Positions 26,565 through 37,106 of a DNA stretch of 57,880 bases are shown piece after piece. How positions within the stretch are numbered: position 1 is the first letter of the stretch; the number at the start of each line of letters is the position of its first letter. The stretch is taken from positions 1-57,880 of the IMG/VR virus record IMGVR_UViG_3300033388_001119; one strand, given 5' to 3'. The notes under the pieces are model-generated. The model saw only the letters and a list, made by a program, of their open reading frames with translations, ran no database searches and was not told the origin of the DNA. Position numbers and translations under genes: made by a program. Source of the DNA: a virus. Its lineage: Duplodnaviria > Caudoviricetes.

Positions 26565-26975
26565 ATGACATTTGCGCAAATAAACACAAAAGGAAGAAGA
26601 CAACCTGACGGAGAGCCATTACCTCAAACAAATTTAGTTTTTAGGCTAGATAAGGTTTTGGATGTAGCTACAGATTCTCCAGCAAGCGATAGGTTTTTAA
26701 TTAGACTACAAGATGCTGGTGAGGCATGTACTACTGCTGTACTTTTGACATTTAGCTATCCAGATGGCGGTGAGCCACCAGCTATAACAACAGATCAAGT
26801 AGCGGCTGTAAACAACAACTTAATAGCTATTATGAATGAAAACTTAACAGGTTCTTATACATCAACTACAGTAAACATTACAGATACTATACTAAAAGGA
26901 GTTGTTGGTTCAAATGGACTACAACCATACGTAAGAGCTGTAGACGTAACGTCAACTCAACCAAACCTCTCTTAA
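26565..26975 (+). CDS. Hypothetical protein (136 aa)
   Basis: ORF track. Confidence 0.75.
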   Translation: MTFAQINTKGRRQPDGEPLPQTNLVFRLDKVLDVATDSPASDRFLIRLQDAGEACTTAVLLTFSYPDGGEPPAITTDQVAAVNNNLIAIMNENLTGSYTSTTVNITDTILKGVVGSNGLQPYVRAVDVTSTQPNLS

Positions 26976-26986
26976 AAACCCGAACA

Positions 26987-27484
26987 ATGATAAAATATTT
27001 AAAAACTAGATATATAGTTCCAAATGATTCAACAGAGTTATTTGAATTACTCCCATTAAACGACATCTTAATTATAAGAAGCCAAGAGGCAGATAGAGTG
27101 GATGTTTTCACCCAACCTTCTGGATTTACTATAGGCTATAAAGGTACTGATCCAGAATCTCTTCCAGGTCAACTAGACGAGGAAACAGGATTAGTAAAAG
27201 GAGAATCTTTAGGAGACATGCTTATAGATGCTATTGAGAGCGCTGTTGGCTCCAACTGGAGAGAAGTTGTAACAGTCCCAGAGGCGTATAACGCTATGAT
27301 TCAATCAGCTTTAGAGCAAGGAGGAAACTGGGCATACCCAGGAATACCTGAAGCTGGTGATAAAGCGTTTATAGAAAGTGCAGCGGCTCAAGCAGCTAAA
27401 AAACAAGCTGAAGACGAAGCGGCTTTAAAAGAAGCTAAGAAAAGAGCGGCTGAAGAAGCTAAAGAGGCAGCTCAAGAAAAGTAA
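26987..27484 (+). CDS. Hypothetical protein with Ala/Glu/Lys-rich C-terminal helix
   Basis: ORF track. Confidence 0.75.
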   Translation: MIKYLKTRYIVPNDSTELFELLPLNDILIIRSQEADRVDVFTQPSGFTIGYKGTDPESLPGQLDEETGLVKGESLGDMLIDAIESAVGSNWREVVTVPEAYNAMIQSALEQGGNWAYPGIPEAGDKAFIESAAAQAAKKQAEDEAALKEAKKRAAEEAKEAAQEK

Positions 27485-27511
27485 TAAGCTTTTTTCATAT
27501 AACACAATATT

Positions 27512-27540
27512 AAGGGTGCTTTAGGGCACTCTTTTTTTTT
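27512..27540 (+). terminator. Intrinsic terminator
   Basis: aagggtgct-ttag-ggcactctt followed by a T-run. Confidence 0.8.
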
Positions 27541-27543
27541 CCT

Positions 27544-27559
27544 TATCTTTGTAACAAAG
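27544..27559 (+). promoter_or_regulatory. -7 box TATCTTTG overlapped by palindrome CTTTGTAACAAAG
   Basis: Direct reading. Confidence 0.75.
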
Positions 27560-27567
27560 TACCTCAG

Positions 27568-28371
27568 ATGATAAATGAAATAAGAAATACAGTCCTCTCT
27601 TTACTTAATAAAAATAACAACGGGTACCTCACTCCTGAAGAGTTTAATTTATTTGCAGCTCAAGCGCAGTTAGAGGTTTATGAGTCTTATTTTTATGACC
27701 TAAATAATTGGATTACTAAAAAAAACATGCGTAGATCGCACTCGGGGAGCGCTGATATAACTAGACAGCTCGAAGAAGTTATCGACACATTTACACAGTT
27801 CACCGAGTTAACTAGTATTGTAGGAAGTGATCAAACGTTTCAACTACCTGAAGACTGGTACACAACTGTAGAGGTTTTACGTAAAGAGGTTTGCGAAGGA
27901 CCTCCTACTACTATTATAGAGAGAACTGCCGAAAGAGTTAGTGAGTATAAAATAAGAGAACTACTCAGAAGTAATCTTACAGCTCCTACAGCTACTTTTC
28001 CGGCATATATATTTAGTCAACAAGGTGTGGCATTACCCGAAGGTACAGGAACATCTGCATACGGAAATTTAGGAAATCAAATTACACTTTACCCTGGACC
28101 AAGTAATTGCCCAGGCCCAGTTCTAACTTGTTTTTTATCTTACTTAAGATACCCATTAACACCAAAATGGACATATAGTTCTATTGGACCAGATGGAGAC
28201 CCTATATACAATCCTAGTGCAGCTGATTACCAAGATTTTGAATTACCATTATCCGACTCTATAGATATAACTATAAAGATATGTGAATACGCTGGCTTAA
28301 GTATTAGAGAGAAAGAAGTTATACAGTTTGAGGCTATGCAAGAACAACAGCAACAACAACAAGAATCTTAA
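27568..28371 (+). CDS. Tail ring or adaptor protein 1
   Basis: GYLTPEEFNLFA...AQ, FQLPEDW and YLRYP patterns recalled from crAss-like ring proteins; context. Confidence 0.65.
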   Translation: MINEIRNTVLSLLNKNNNGYLTPEEFNLFAAQAQLEVYESYFYDLNNWITKKNMRRSHSGSADITRQLEEVIDTFTQFTELTSIVGSDQTFQLPEDWYTTVEVLRKEVCEGPPTTIIERTAERVSEYKIRELLRSNLTAPTATFPAYIFSQQGVALPEGTGTSAYGNLGNQITLYPGPSNCPGPVLTCFLSYLRYPLTPKWTYSSIGPDGDPIYNPSAADYQDFELPLSDSIDITIKICEYAGLSIREKEVIQFEAMQEQQQQQQES

Positions 28372-28374
28372 GAT

Positions 28375-29289
28375 ATGAATGATATAACCTACTACACTAA
28401 TAATGGTCAAAACCCTACTAACTTAAACTGGGGAAGCTATCAGTATGTATCATTAGAGGATATTGTTAGAAATTTTGAGTTAATGTTTGCTGGTGATGAA
28501 AACCTAGTAAGTAAACAAAACAGATATGTAATTAGATTTCACGCTAAAAGAGGAATCCAAGAAATAAACTATGATGCATTAAAGAATATTAAAATATTAG
28601 AGATGCAGGTTTGCAAAGACTTGAAGTATGTATTACCTCCTGACTATGTAAACTATGTAAGAATATCTCTATATGAAGGTGGTGTATTGTATCCTTTAAT
28701 TGAAAACTTTCAAACTAACTACTCATCAGCTTATCTACAAGACAACAACTGTGAAGTCCTATTTGACTTAGACGGAAACGCCTTAACCCCAAACAACTCT
28801 ACAATTGATATGCAGAGAATAAAAGGGGTAAGACCAACGCTTTATTTAAATTTAGGACACCCCTACCACGAAAGAATGGGGTATTGTTGTGACGGCTTAT
28901 GGTATTTCGACTATGGAGTAGGAGCTCATTATGGCTTAGAAACTTCTTTAGCTAATCAAAACCCTAACTATAGAATAGATAAAAGAGCAGGTGTAATTAA
29001 CTTTAGCTCAGATATGGCAGACAAGTTAGTGGTTTTAGAATATGTATCAGACGGTTTAGAAAAAGGAGATGATGACGAAGTGGTGATAAATAAATTAGCA
29101 GAAGACTATTTATATGCGTACATTAGATGGGCGATATTAGGAAATAAACTAGGAGTTCAAGAATATATTGTTAATAGAGCAAGAAAAGAGAAGACGGCAA
29201 AATTAAGAAACGCTAAAATAAGGTTAGGAAATCTTCACCCAAGTAGATTGCTAATGCCTTTACGTGGCAGAGATAAATGGATTAAATGA
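28375..29289 (+). CDS. Tail ring or adaptor protein 2
   Basis: LPPDYVNYVRI and LEYVSDG; directly before the nozzle gene. Confidence 0.65.
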   Translation: MNDITYYTNNGQNPTNLNWGSYQYVSLEDIVRNFELMFAGDENLVSKQNRYVIRFHAKRGIQEINYDALKNIKILEMQVCKDLKYVLPPDYVNYVRISLYEGGVLYPLIENFQTNYSSAYLQDNNCEVLFDLDGNALTPNNSTIDMQRIKGVRPTLYLNLGHPYHERMGYCCDGLWYFDYGVGAHYGLETSLANQNPNYRIDKRAGVINFSSDMADKLVVLEYVSDGLEKGDDDEVVINKLAEDYLYAYIRWAILGNKLGVQEYIVNRARKEKTAKLRNAKIRLGNLHPSRLLMPLRGRDKWIK

Positions 29290-32200
29290 AAACTACCGGG
29301 ACTTTTACTTCAGGCATAATGAATAAGGATCTCGATGAAAGGCTCATACCAAAGGGTCAGTATCGAGATGCTTTAAATATAGGGGTTTCTACTTCAGAAG
29401 CCTCTAACGTAGGAGCTATAGAGAACATACTAGGAAACGTTCAAGCTGGAGGAGATTTATCTTTTTTAACAGATGACGCTGTTACGATTGGAGCTATAGC
29501 TCAAGGAGATAAGGAACAATTTTTTTGGTTTGTAAGCGACACTAATTTTGATTATGTTTTAAGATACCATGAGCCATCCGACACCACCGCTATACTCTTA
29601 AAAGACACTAAAGGCAGGGTGTTGAAATTTGATAATGAACACATAATAACAGGTGTTAATTTAATAGATGATTATTTATTTTGGACCGACAATTTAAATC
29701 AACCAAGAAGAATATTATCCACTAGAAGTTTTCCTTTAGACGGGTTTGAAGAGGATGATATTAGGGTAATAAGGAAACCACCTTTAAGTCCGGCAACTTT
29801 TATAATGAATAATACTTATCAAGGGACAACAACGCCTTCGTCTGATATTAGGTTTGATAAAACAAATAATATTATACATAAGTATTTTAGGTTTGGTTAT
29901 AGATGGAAATATGAATACAATGAGTATAGTTCGTTGTCACCATTTACCGCTACTGCATTTCAGCCTTTTTTTTATTTCTACAATTATGCCAATGTGAGTT
30001 TTTATTCCATGCAAAATACTTTTGATGAGATTGTATTAAGTGATATAGAAACAGGAGATGAGCAAGTAACAGATATTCAGGTTGTTTTTTATGACGAATA
30101 TACCGGGTCTGTTTATGTGGTTGACACTTTTGATAAGGAAAAAAATGGATGGGGTAATAATACTTCGATTTCCATTAATTTCAATAATAATAAAATATCT
30201 GCACTTTTAGCTAATGATGAAATCACAAGATTATTTGACAACGTACCTTTACGTGCTAAGGCTCAAGAAGTTATTGGAAGCCGATTAATATATGGTAATT
30301 ATGTTCAGGGTTATGACATAAGAAATACTAGAAATGAACCTATAACTATAGATTTTTACGCCGAACCCTTTAGTGTTGATTTCAACTCCCTTACTCTTGG
30401 GGCTAACCCATTTAGTGGAAATTATCCTAGAAGAAGTTTTCATAGCAATCGAAACTATGAAGTAGGGTTAGTTTATTTAGATGATTACGGAAGAATGTCT
30501 ACGGTTCTTACTCCTGAAATACTAAACACTCAGTTTACTAACACAGTAGCAATGGACCCAACCACAGCTACCACTATAAATGACATTAGGGTTTATATCA
30601 ATAGCGAGCCCCCACAATGGGCTTCAAAATATAGAATTTACTTAAAACAATCAGACGCTAATGATTATGTAACTATATGGCCTTTGTTTTCTATAAAGAC
30701 TGGAACAGGTGATTATTGGTTTAAGATTTTAGGGTCTGACGTAGACAAGGTTCCTGAAGGAGCTTATATTTACATTAAAGCCATTAATGGAGTTGCTTTT
30801 GACAGCTCAGAGGAATATAAAGTATTAGAAGTTAAACAGCAAGAAGAAGGTTTTGTTCAAATAGGAAACTCAAACTCAACAGTTGACGCTCCAGCTGGAA
30901 CTTACTTTAAACTACACTCAGAATACGTAGACTTATCTACAGATATAAATGTTTTCGATTCCCAGCAAGTAGATCAAGTAGCTCAAGGTGCTTATTATTG
31001 GGGGTACAGAAATTATGATACTTTTGGAAAATACATAGGGCCATTAACAACAGACCCTGGAGTTGGTTCTTCCGTAATTAACGCAGCTACCGGTGGTTTA
31101 CCTACACAACACATTAAACAAATAGACCCTCCAATTTATTATGGTAATAGTGGTTATTTCAACGAAATAGAACTTAGAAAAAACTGGAAAGCCTCTCCTT
31201 ATGAGACCGATTCTACCAAGGATAGAAGGATTAAAGTTCAGATTTATCCAAATGAAAAATTCATGGTTCAGTTGATGAATAATAGCGGCAACTGGTATAA
31301 TTATCAAACTTGGCAACCAGTTGATATTGCTCCCTACGTAAATAGTGACTACTTAATCGGGGACTCAGGTAATGGAATATGGTGCTATATACGATTTAAT
31401 AAAGGAACTAATTACGTTCCAGGGGATTATTTTATAATAAACATTCACACAGCTTTTGGAGCTAATGTTTTTGGACAGGTACCTGGGGACGATACAGAAG
31501 GAAGTGGAGCTCATTATAAAATATATGAATTTCAAGCGGCTAAATTATGTCTAACGGCTAATCTAGAAGACGGAGGAAGTGCTGATAGTGTCTACGGGTT
31601 ATCACAACCGATGAATGGTTTAAATACCTACCTCCCATTAAGAGATGTACCTATTGAGCCTGGTGCTATAATAGAGATAACTATTGCAGAAGATTATACG
31701 GTGGGGCCAGTCACTAATAACACTATTGGTGATACTGAAACAACCTACACTTCACCACCGTGTTCTAAGCGCTATAAAAACATAGAAGAATGGTGGTATG
31801 AAGAAGAGATATGGAGAGATGTAGAACACAAAACGGCTTACAAGTATCAACAAGACAGCGATATGAGTAGCTTTCAAAATATTAATGGAAAAAGGTTTTT
31901 CTTTAGGAGACTGCTTAATTATAAGTCCTTAGATTGGCAAAGTATTCCTGGAGCAACCGCAAGTGCCGCAATATTTGGTGGTATGGCATATACCTCACAC
32001 GTTGGTGATTTTACTTTAAAAAATTGGTGGCAAGCGTACTCAAACAGAAGTCCACTTGATGATGGAATGGGTAATTACGCCACCTATGCTGAAATGGTTA
32101 CTGAAGAAAGCGGAATTCAAATGTTTGTTTCATCTCAAGGGACTCATATTCAAGAATTTGATACCGATAAGAGAACTGTGATTCAAGTTGCAATGCAGGG

Positions 32201-35200
32201 AAGGGTAAAAATAATACAAACCGCTCCTGATGCTAAACCGATATTAGAAACTAAACCCACCATGGTGGATAACGACATTTTCCATGAAGCTCCATTTACC
32301 TTTGATGTGTTTCCAGGAACAGCAGGAAGACTTCTTCATGAGGGTAATATCGCTAATCAATCTCAAGGAGGTAATCCGGCTATTATTAGCTTAAACCCTT
32401 CATCTACCATATCTAACCCATCATACCCTTTAGACCCAACTCAATTTAATAGTGAGTTTAATTGCTTCACCTACGGAAATGGCGTAGAGGCTACTAAAAT
32501 AAAAGGAGAATTAAGCGAGGCTCATCTTAAATATAGCCCTAGGGTTAGTTCTTTTATTGAAAAATATCAACAAGAATATTTACCGAGTAGCTTAACCTAT
32601 AGTGGGGTTTTTGTAGAAAACACAAATATTAACAACTTAAACGAATTTAATCTTTCCTTAGGTAATTATAAAGACTTAAGTAGAGAGTATGGTCCTGTTG
32701 AAAAACTTCACGCTAGAGATAATGATTTAGTGGCCTTGCAAGAGGATAAAGTATCTAAAGTGCTATATGGTAAAAACTTACTTTCTGACGCCACGGGAGG
32801 AGGTTCTATAGCTTCTATTCCAGAGGTATTAGGAACTCAAATACCATATGTAGGAGAATACGGAATAAGTAATAATCCTGAAAGTTTTGCAGCTTGGGGT
32901 CCTAATATGTTTTTTACAGATGTTAAGAGGGGTTCGGTAATGAGGTTAGGTAGAGATGGGTTGTTTGAGATATCTAATTTAGGTATGACAGATTACTTTA
33001 AAGATTTGAGTTCTAATGAATTTAATAAACAAAAACTAGGATGTATTGACCCATTTAAAGAGCAATATGTTTTATCAAGTACAGAAACTCTAGCGCCAGC
33101 ATGTACTTACTCTTTACGCCCTACATTTATACCTAGGTTCCCTAGAGTAACTAATGGCATTGATTATATCATAGAACTATTTTCTTCTGGAAATTGGCTG
33201 GTAGAGTTTACAGATACCGGTGATGGTACCAACTGGCTTACGGTGAATGGACAAACTCCTTCGTTAGGTGGCTTTGGAGATGAGGTTTTAACATTTAACT
33301 TAACTAACAACGGAGGGCTACAGTCTCCCTCTAGAGAGTGTTTGGTTACATTTACATTTTGTGATGGAAGTACAGCGTCTGAAGTGTTTAAACAATCAGG
33401 AGCGCCAAAATTAGGAGGCTTAGTGTATGGTGTTGGAAAACCTACAGGAGGTAAAAAGGGCCTTGCAACTGGCTTAAAAAACACAACAATTAACTTTCAA
33501 GTAGAAGCTAACCCAGGTGGTTTAGTGCAAGAGTTTATTAACCAACCTATAGGAGTTGATGCTGAGGTTGCAACTCAAAAAGAGACAGTAGGTATAGAAG
33601 GAGAGGACGGTGTTCCAACTAATGGCCAAGATGTAACTATAAGAGCATCTCAAGTAGGTGCTGTAGATACGTTACCATTCTGCTTTCTTTTAGGGCAAAA
33701 AATGTATTATTTAGTTTCAGACACGTTCTATACATCTACCCAAATAGATGAGTTAATAAATGACCCAAACACCGTAGAAATAACTCCTACTCTTAATGTT
33801 GGGACACAGTTATGGGAAGGAACTTATACTTTTAACCGACCTAATGATGAAGCTTATGTGTATAATGTAATAGACTATCGTGCACAAATAGAAGCGTCTG
33901 CTACAGCGCAATTCGATATACCTCTAGAAATGAACAATGTAGCTGACACATTTAGAGGAAAAGTTGATTTTACAAACAAAAACGGAAACGTAGAGTTTGA
34001 TTACATAGCTCCAGCTGGTGGCGCTAGATTTAGAGTGTTGATAGAAGATAGAGTTATAAGTACAACTGGTAGTGTTCCGGTAATAGGAGCAGGGTCGATG
34101 CCTATTTTTAATGTGCCGTTTGATGGCCCTTCTGTTTACGATGTAGAAATAGATTATCTAGGAACTAATGAAGCGGTTAGATTAATTACGCCTCTTCCCA
34201 CTTTAACAGAGTTTAAGTATCAAGTAGCCACAGGCAGTTTAGACCCTACTGATCCAGCTTACGTGTGTTCAGCGATACCAGCGTATTCTTCTAAGTGGCA
34301 TGATGGAACAGCAGCACTTCCTGAAATTGGAAATATTATATATGAAAACCCATTTGGAACTACGCCGATGGTATCTCCTTTAAATATTCACCCTATAGAT
34401 GAAAACCCCGTAGTTGGTGGTAATCAAGAGTGGCTTAAGTTTGATGCGTCATCTACAGGTAAGGTTTTACAAAGAGGAGTGTGTACCCCATGTGCGGAAG
34501 TGGCGGTTCCTGTGATTACTGTTCCAGCTGTATATTCATTTAACACTAATGAAAACGTTAATATCCTACTAGAAGCTACAAATAACCCCACCTCTTTTCA
34601 AATTGTTAGTTCATCACCATGCGTAGGTTATTTATTGAGCTCTCAAGAAGGGGGTGTTGTTTCTTATACTGATTGTGATGGTAATGCAGCTTCTATAACT
34701 ATTCAAGGGACTAATACTAATTCTAGAAACGCACCGGCTTTACCAGCAGTTAATACAAATGATATAACTATCGTGTCTACCACAGTTCCTGTTGTTTCAA
34801 GTGGAAATGTTACGGTTGTAAATAAAGGCTTCAAAACAAACACGCCACAAGGCATGGATTTTGACGGAGAGCAAGGTAGAATTGTTATACCTAACGCACC
34901 GTCAGGAGTTTATGATTTCGAGGTTAGGGCTAGTAACTGCTTTGGAACAAGTAATACTGTGTCTGTAGTAATGGAAATAACAGATAATGTAACGAAAATG
35001 TTCCAAATGGATATAGAAACACCATCACCCACTTCAGCTATAGCTTGTAGCATAACAGCTAGTTATATCCCTATGTTGCACACAGGAGACAATATAAACC
35101 CTCAAGTTAACGACACTATAATATTACCTAGCCCAGATAAGGGTAAGCCAAATACAACAGCCTATGGAGGTTTTGGTTTAGAAAAAGGTGTACTAGAGCC

Positions 35201-35321
35201 TAATTATGATTTCAAAGGGGGTTATAATTGGTATAAAGCTAATTTTGATAGTGGACCAGGAAATGGAAGTGTATTATTAATAGACAACACTGGGGTTGTT
35301 ATAGAAATAGTTGAATGTTAA
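29286..35321 (+). CDS. Tail nozzle (muzzle/stabilisation) protein, N-terminal part, with BACON-like and Ig-like C-terminal domains
   Basis: MNKDLDERL...YRDALNI start; LFWTDNLNQPR; YGISNNPESFA; FFTDVKRG. Confidence 0.78.
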   Translation: MKTTGTFTSGIMNKDLDERLIPKGQYRDALNIGVSTSEASNVGAIENILGNVQAGGDLSFLTDDAVTIGAIAQGDKEQFFWFVSDTNFDYVLRYHEPSDTTAILLKDTKGRVLKFDNEHIITGVNLIDDYLFWTDNLNQPRRILSTRSFPLDGFEEDDIRVIRKPPLSPATFIMNNTYQGTTTPSSDIRFDKTNNIIHKYFRFGYRWKYEYNEYSSLSPFTATAFQPFFYFYNYANVSFYSMQNTFDEIVLSDIETGDEQVTDIQVVFYDEYTGSVYVVDTFDKEKNGWGNNTSISINFNNNKISALLANDEITRLFDNVPLRAKAQEVIGSRLIYGNYVQGYDIRNTRNEPITIDFYAEPFSVDFNSLTLGANPFSGNYPRRSFHSNRNYEVGLVYLDDYGRMSTVLTPEILNTQFTNTVAMDPTTATTINDIRVYINSEPPQWASKYRIYLKQSDANDYVTIWPLFSIKTGTGDYWFKILGSDVDKVPEGAYIYIKAINGVAFDSSEEYKVLEVKQQEEGFVQIGNSNSTVDAPAGTYFKLHSEYVDLSTDINVFDSQQVDQVAQGAYYWGYRNYDTFGKYIGPLTTDPGVGSSVINAATGGLPTQHIKQIDPPIYYGNSGYFNEIELRKNWKASPYETDSTKDRRIKVQIYPNEKFMVQLMNNSGNWYNYQTWQPVDIAPYVNSDYLIGDSGNGIWCYIRFNKGTNYVPGDYFIINIHTAFGANVFGQVPGDDTEGSGAHYKIYEFQAAKLCLTANLEDGGSADSVYGLSQPMNGLNTYLPLRDVPIEPGAIIEITIAEDYTVGPVTNNTIGDTETTYTSPPCSKRYKNIEEWWYEEEIWRDVEHKTAYKYQQDSDMSSFQNINGKRFFFRRLLNYKSLDWQSIPGATASAAIFGGMAYTSHVGDFTLKNWWQAYSNRSPLDDGMGNYATYAEMVTEESGIQMFVSSQGTHIQEFDTDKRTVIQVAMQGRVKIIQTAPDAKPILETKPTMVDNDIFHEAPFTFDVFPGTAGRLLHEGNIANQSQGGNPAIISLNPSSTISNPSYPLDPTQFNSEFNCFTYGNGVEATKIKGELSEAHLKYSPRVSSFIEKYQQEYLPSSLTYSGVFVENTNINNLNEFNLSLGNYKDLSREYGPVEKLHARDNDLVALQEDKVSKVLYGKNLLSDATGGGSIASIPEVLGTQIPYVGEYGISNNPESFAAWGPNMFFTDVKRGSVMRLGRDGLFEISNLGMTDYFKDLSSNEFNKQKLGCIDPFKEQYVLSSTETLAPACTYSLRPTFIPRFPRVTNGIDYIIELFSSGNWLVEFTDTGDGTNWLTVNGQTPSLGGFGDEVLTFNLTNNGGLQSPSRECLVTFTFCDGSTASEVFKQSGAPKLGGLVYGVGKPTGGKKGLATGLKNTTINFQVEANPGGLVQEFINQPIGVDAEVATQKETVGIEGEDGVPTNGQDVTIRASQVGAVDTLPFCFLLGQKMYYLVSDTFYTSTQIDELINDPNTVEITPTLNVGTQLWEGTYTFNRPNDEAYVYNVIDYRAQIEASATAQFDIPLEMNNVADTFRGKVDFTNKNGNVEFDYIAPAGGARFRVLIEDRVISTTGSVPVIGAGSMPIFNVPFDGPSVYDVEIDYLGTNEAVRLITPLPTLTEFKYQVATGSLDPTDPAYVCSAIPAYSSKWHDGTAALPEIGNIIYENPFGTTPMVSPLNIHPIDENPVVGGNQEWLKFDASSTGKVLQRGVCTPCAEVAVPVITVPAVYSFNTNENVNILLEATNNPTSFQIVSSSPCVGYLLSSQEGGVVSYTDCDGNAASITIQGTNTNSRNAPALPAVNTNDITIVSTTVPVVSSGNVTVVNKGFKTNTPQGMDFDGEQGRIVIPNAPSGVYDFEVRASNCFGTSNTVSVVMEITDNVTKMFQMDIETPSPTSAIACSITASYIPMLHTGDNINPQVNDTIILPSPDKGKPNTTAYGGFGLEKGVLEPNYDFKGGYNWYKANFDSGPGNGSVLLIDNTGVVIEIVEC

Positions 35322-35322
35322 A

Positions 35323-36090
35323 ATGCCAGTAACAATAACATATAGTCAAGGTGCAAAAGGGTGGACATCGTTTCACTCTTATTTTCCTCAATGGTTGTTG
35401 GGGATGAATAGTTCTTATTATTCTTTTTATAAAGGTAAGCCATGGAGACACTATCAAAACCCTATAAGAAACTCTTACTACGATAGCCCTACATTCCCTT
35501 CTATTGTAGAGTTTATTTTAAACGAAGCTCCTTTAGAAACTAAAATGTTTAAAACTCTAGAGCTAGAAGGTACGGATGCTTGGACAGCTGGTTTAGTAAG
35601 TGATTTACATATAGGTCAAATAAATAAAGATTATTTTGTACAAAAAGAAGGGGTTTGGTTTGCTAACATTAGGAGAACTCAAGAACAAGGGGCCGCATCT
35701 GATTTATCTCAAATATCTGCTCAAGGTATTGGTGAGTATGATACTTTTGTTACGGTAGGAACTGAATTGAAAATAAACTTTTTAACACCTATTAATCCTA
35801 TAGTAAGTATAGGGGATGTGGCTTTTGAACAAAACACTCAAACTACTACTTTAGAATTAGGACCCATTACTGACATTGTAGGTAACTCTATTATTATTGA
35901 TCCGTTTATAAACATCCCTTCTGTTCCGTGGAATCCACCAAGTGAGAATGTTATTTTTGCTGTTAAAAATTCTGTCGCAGAAAGCTATGGTTTACGTGGG
36001 CATTACGCTAAAGTTTACTTAACAAACATTAATCCTGATGAGGCAGAATTATTTGCAGTTAGTAGTTCAATATTCAAGAGTTATCCTTAA
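35323..36090 (+). CDS. Tail nozzle C-terminal part as a separate gene
   Basis: TITYS...GWTSFHSY, KMFKTLELEG, KEGVWFA, GLRGHY; ATG 35323 directly after the previous stop. Confidence 0.7.
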   Translation: MPVTITYSQGAKGWTSFHSYFPQWLLGMNSSYYSFYKGKPWRHYQNPIRNSYYDSPTFPSIVEFILNEAPLETKMFKTLELEGTDAWTAGLVSDLHIGQINKDYFVQKEGVWFANIRRTQEQGAASDLSQISAQGIGEYDTFVTVGTELKINFLTPINPIVSIGDVAFEQNTQTTTLELGPITDIVGNSIIIDPFINIPSVPWNPPSENVIFAVKNSVAESYGLRGHYAKVYLTNINPDEAELFAVSSSIFKSYP

Positions 36091-36095
36091 TTTAG

Positions 36096-36110
36096 TATCT
36101 TTGTAACAAA
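36096..36110 (+). promoter_or_regulatory. -7 box TATCTTTG overlapped by palindrome TTTGTAACAAA
   Basis: Direct reading. Confidence 0.72.
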
Positions 36111-36120
36111 CCGTATCAAT

Positions 36121-37104
36121 ATGAAAAAAAATCCTATTAATTTACGAATAAAACTATTTCAATTTGTTGCAATACTTGTAACAGGACTTATTTGGTACTT
36201 TTCTGAAGATGCACAGGGCGTAGATTACGCAGCTTTCCCAGCTATGCTAGTTATGGGTTTAGCTCAAGTTGGGTTTAGTGCTTATGATAAGATGCAGGCT
36301 GAAGACGATTTAAAAGCCTCAAAAATAGCGTTAGCTAATGCTAATGATGACTTGGAAAATCTTAAATATACTAATACTTTAAAATCAGTAGCTGTCCCTA
36401 AGAATCAAGTAGCTATGGATCAGTTAGGTCAACAAACCACACAAATTGTAGACGCCGCACAAGAGTCTGGGCAAAGAGGAGTCTTAGGAGCTGCAGGAAA
36501 AATGAATCAATTATTTGACAAAGGAACAATGAAGGTGAGTCAAGCTGACCAAATGAAACAATACGAAAGAGATTTGCTAGTTGCTGAAAACGAACAGAAC
36601 ATTAACAACATGAACGTAAATAAAGATTTACAGCTAGGTATGCAAAATATTTACGGATTACAAAGTGCTATGGGGTATGAACAAGGCCGTATAAATAACG
36701 CAACAAACCAAATGTATAGTGGAGTAGGTACAGCCCTTGCTGGAATGGGACAATTGAAGGCTCCTAATAAAACCGCTAATCTAAATACAACAATAGACCC
36801 TGCTACAGGCACACCAATGAGTAATTCTATGGGAAGACTTAATCCTAATATGACTTATGATGATTACCTTGCAACAACTGAGGCTGGGGCTTTGGATGTT
36901 TTGAGTCCTGGTGAGTTTTACAATGCACAGATGATGGGAACACCAGGCATGCAAGCTGGAATCGGTTCTGGCCCCATGAATACATTTAACAACCCGTTAG
37001 CTAATCTAGTTAGCAACAATCCTCAATTAGGAACAGGAACAAATAATACTATGACGCAAGATGAATTTATGAGATTAGCAGCGTTAGGCTTAATAAACAT
37101 TTAA
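36121..37104 (+). CDS. Probable internal virion (ejection) protein 1
   Basis: Hydrophobic N-terminus, G/A/Q/M-rich helices; podovirus gene order. Confidence 0.6.
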   Translation: MKKNPINLRIKLFQFVAILVTGLIWYFSEDAQGVDYAAFPAMLVMGLAQVGFSAYDKMQAEDDLKASKIALANANDDLENLKYTNTLKSVAVPKNQVAMDQLGQQTTQIVDAAQESGQRGVLGAAGKMNQLFDKGTMKVSQADQMKQYERDLLVAENEQNINNMNVNKDLQLGMQNIYGLQSAMGYEQGRINNATNQMYSGVGTALAGMGQLKAPNKTANLNTTIDPATGTPMSNSMGRLNPNMTYDDYLATTEAGALDVLSPGEFYNAQMMGTPGMQAGIGSGPMNTFNNPLANLVSNNPQLGTGTNNTMTQDEFMRLAALGLINI

Positions 37105-37106
37105 TT

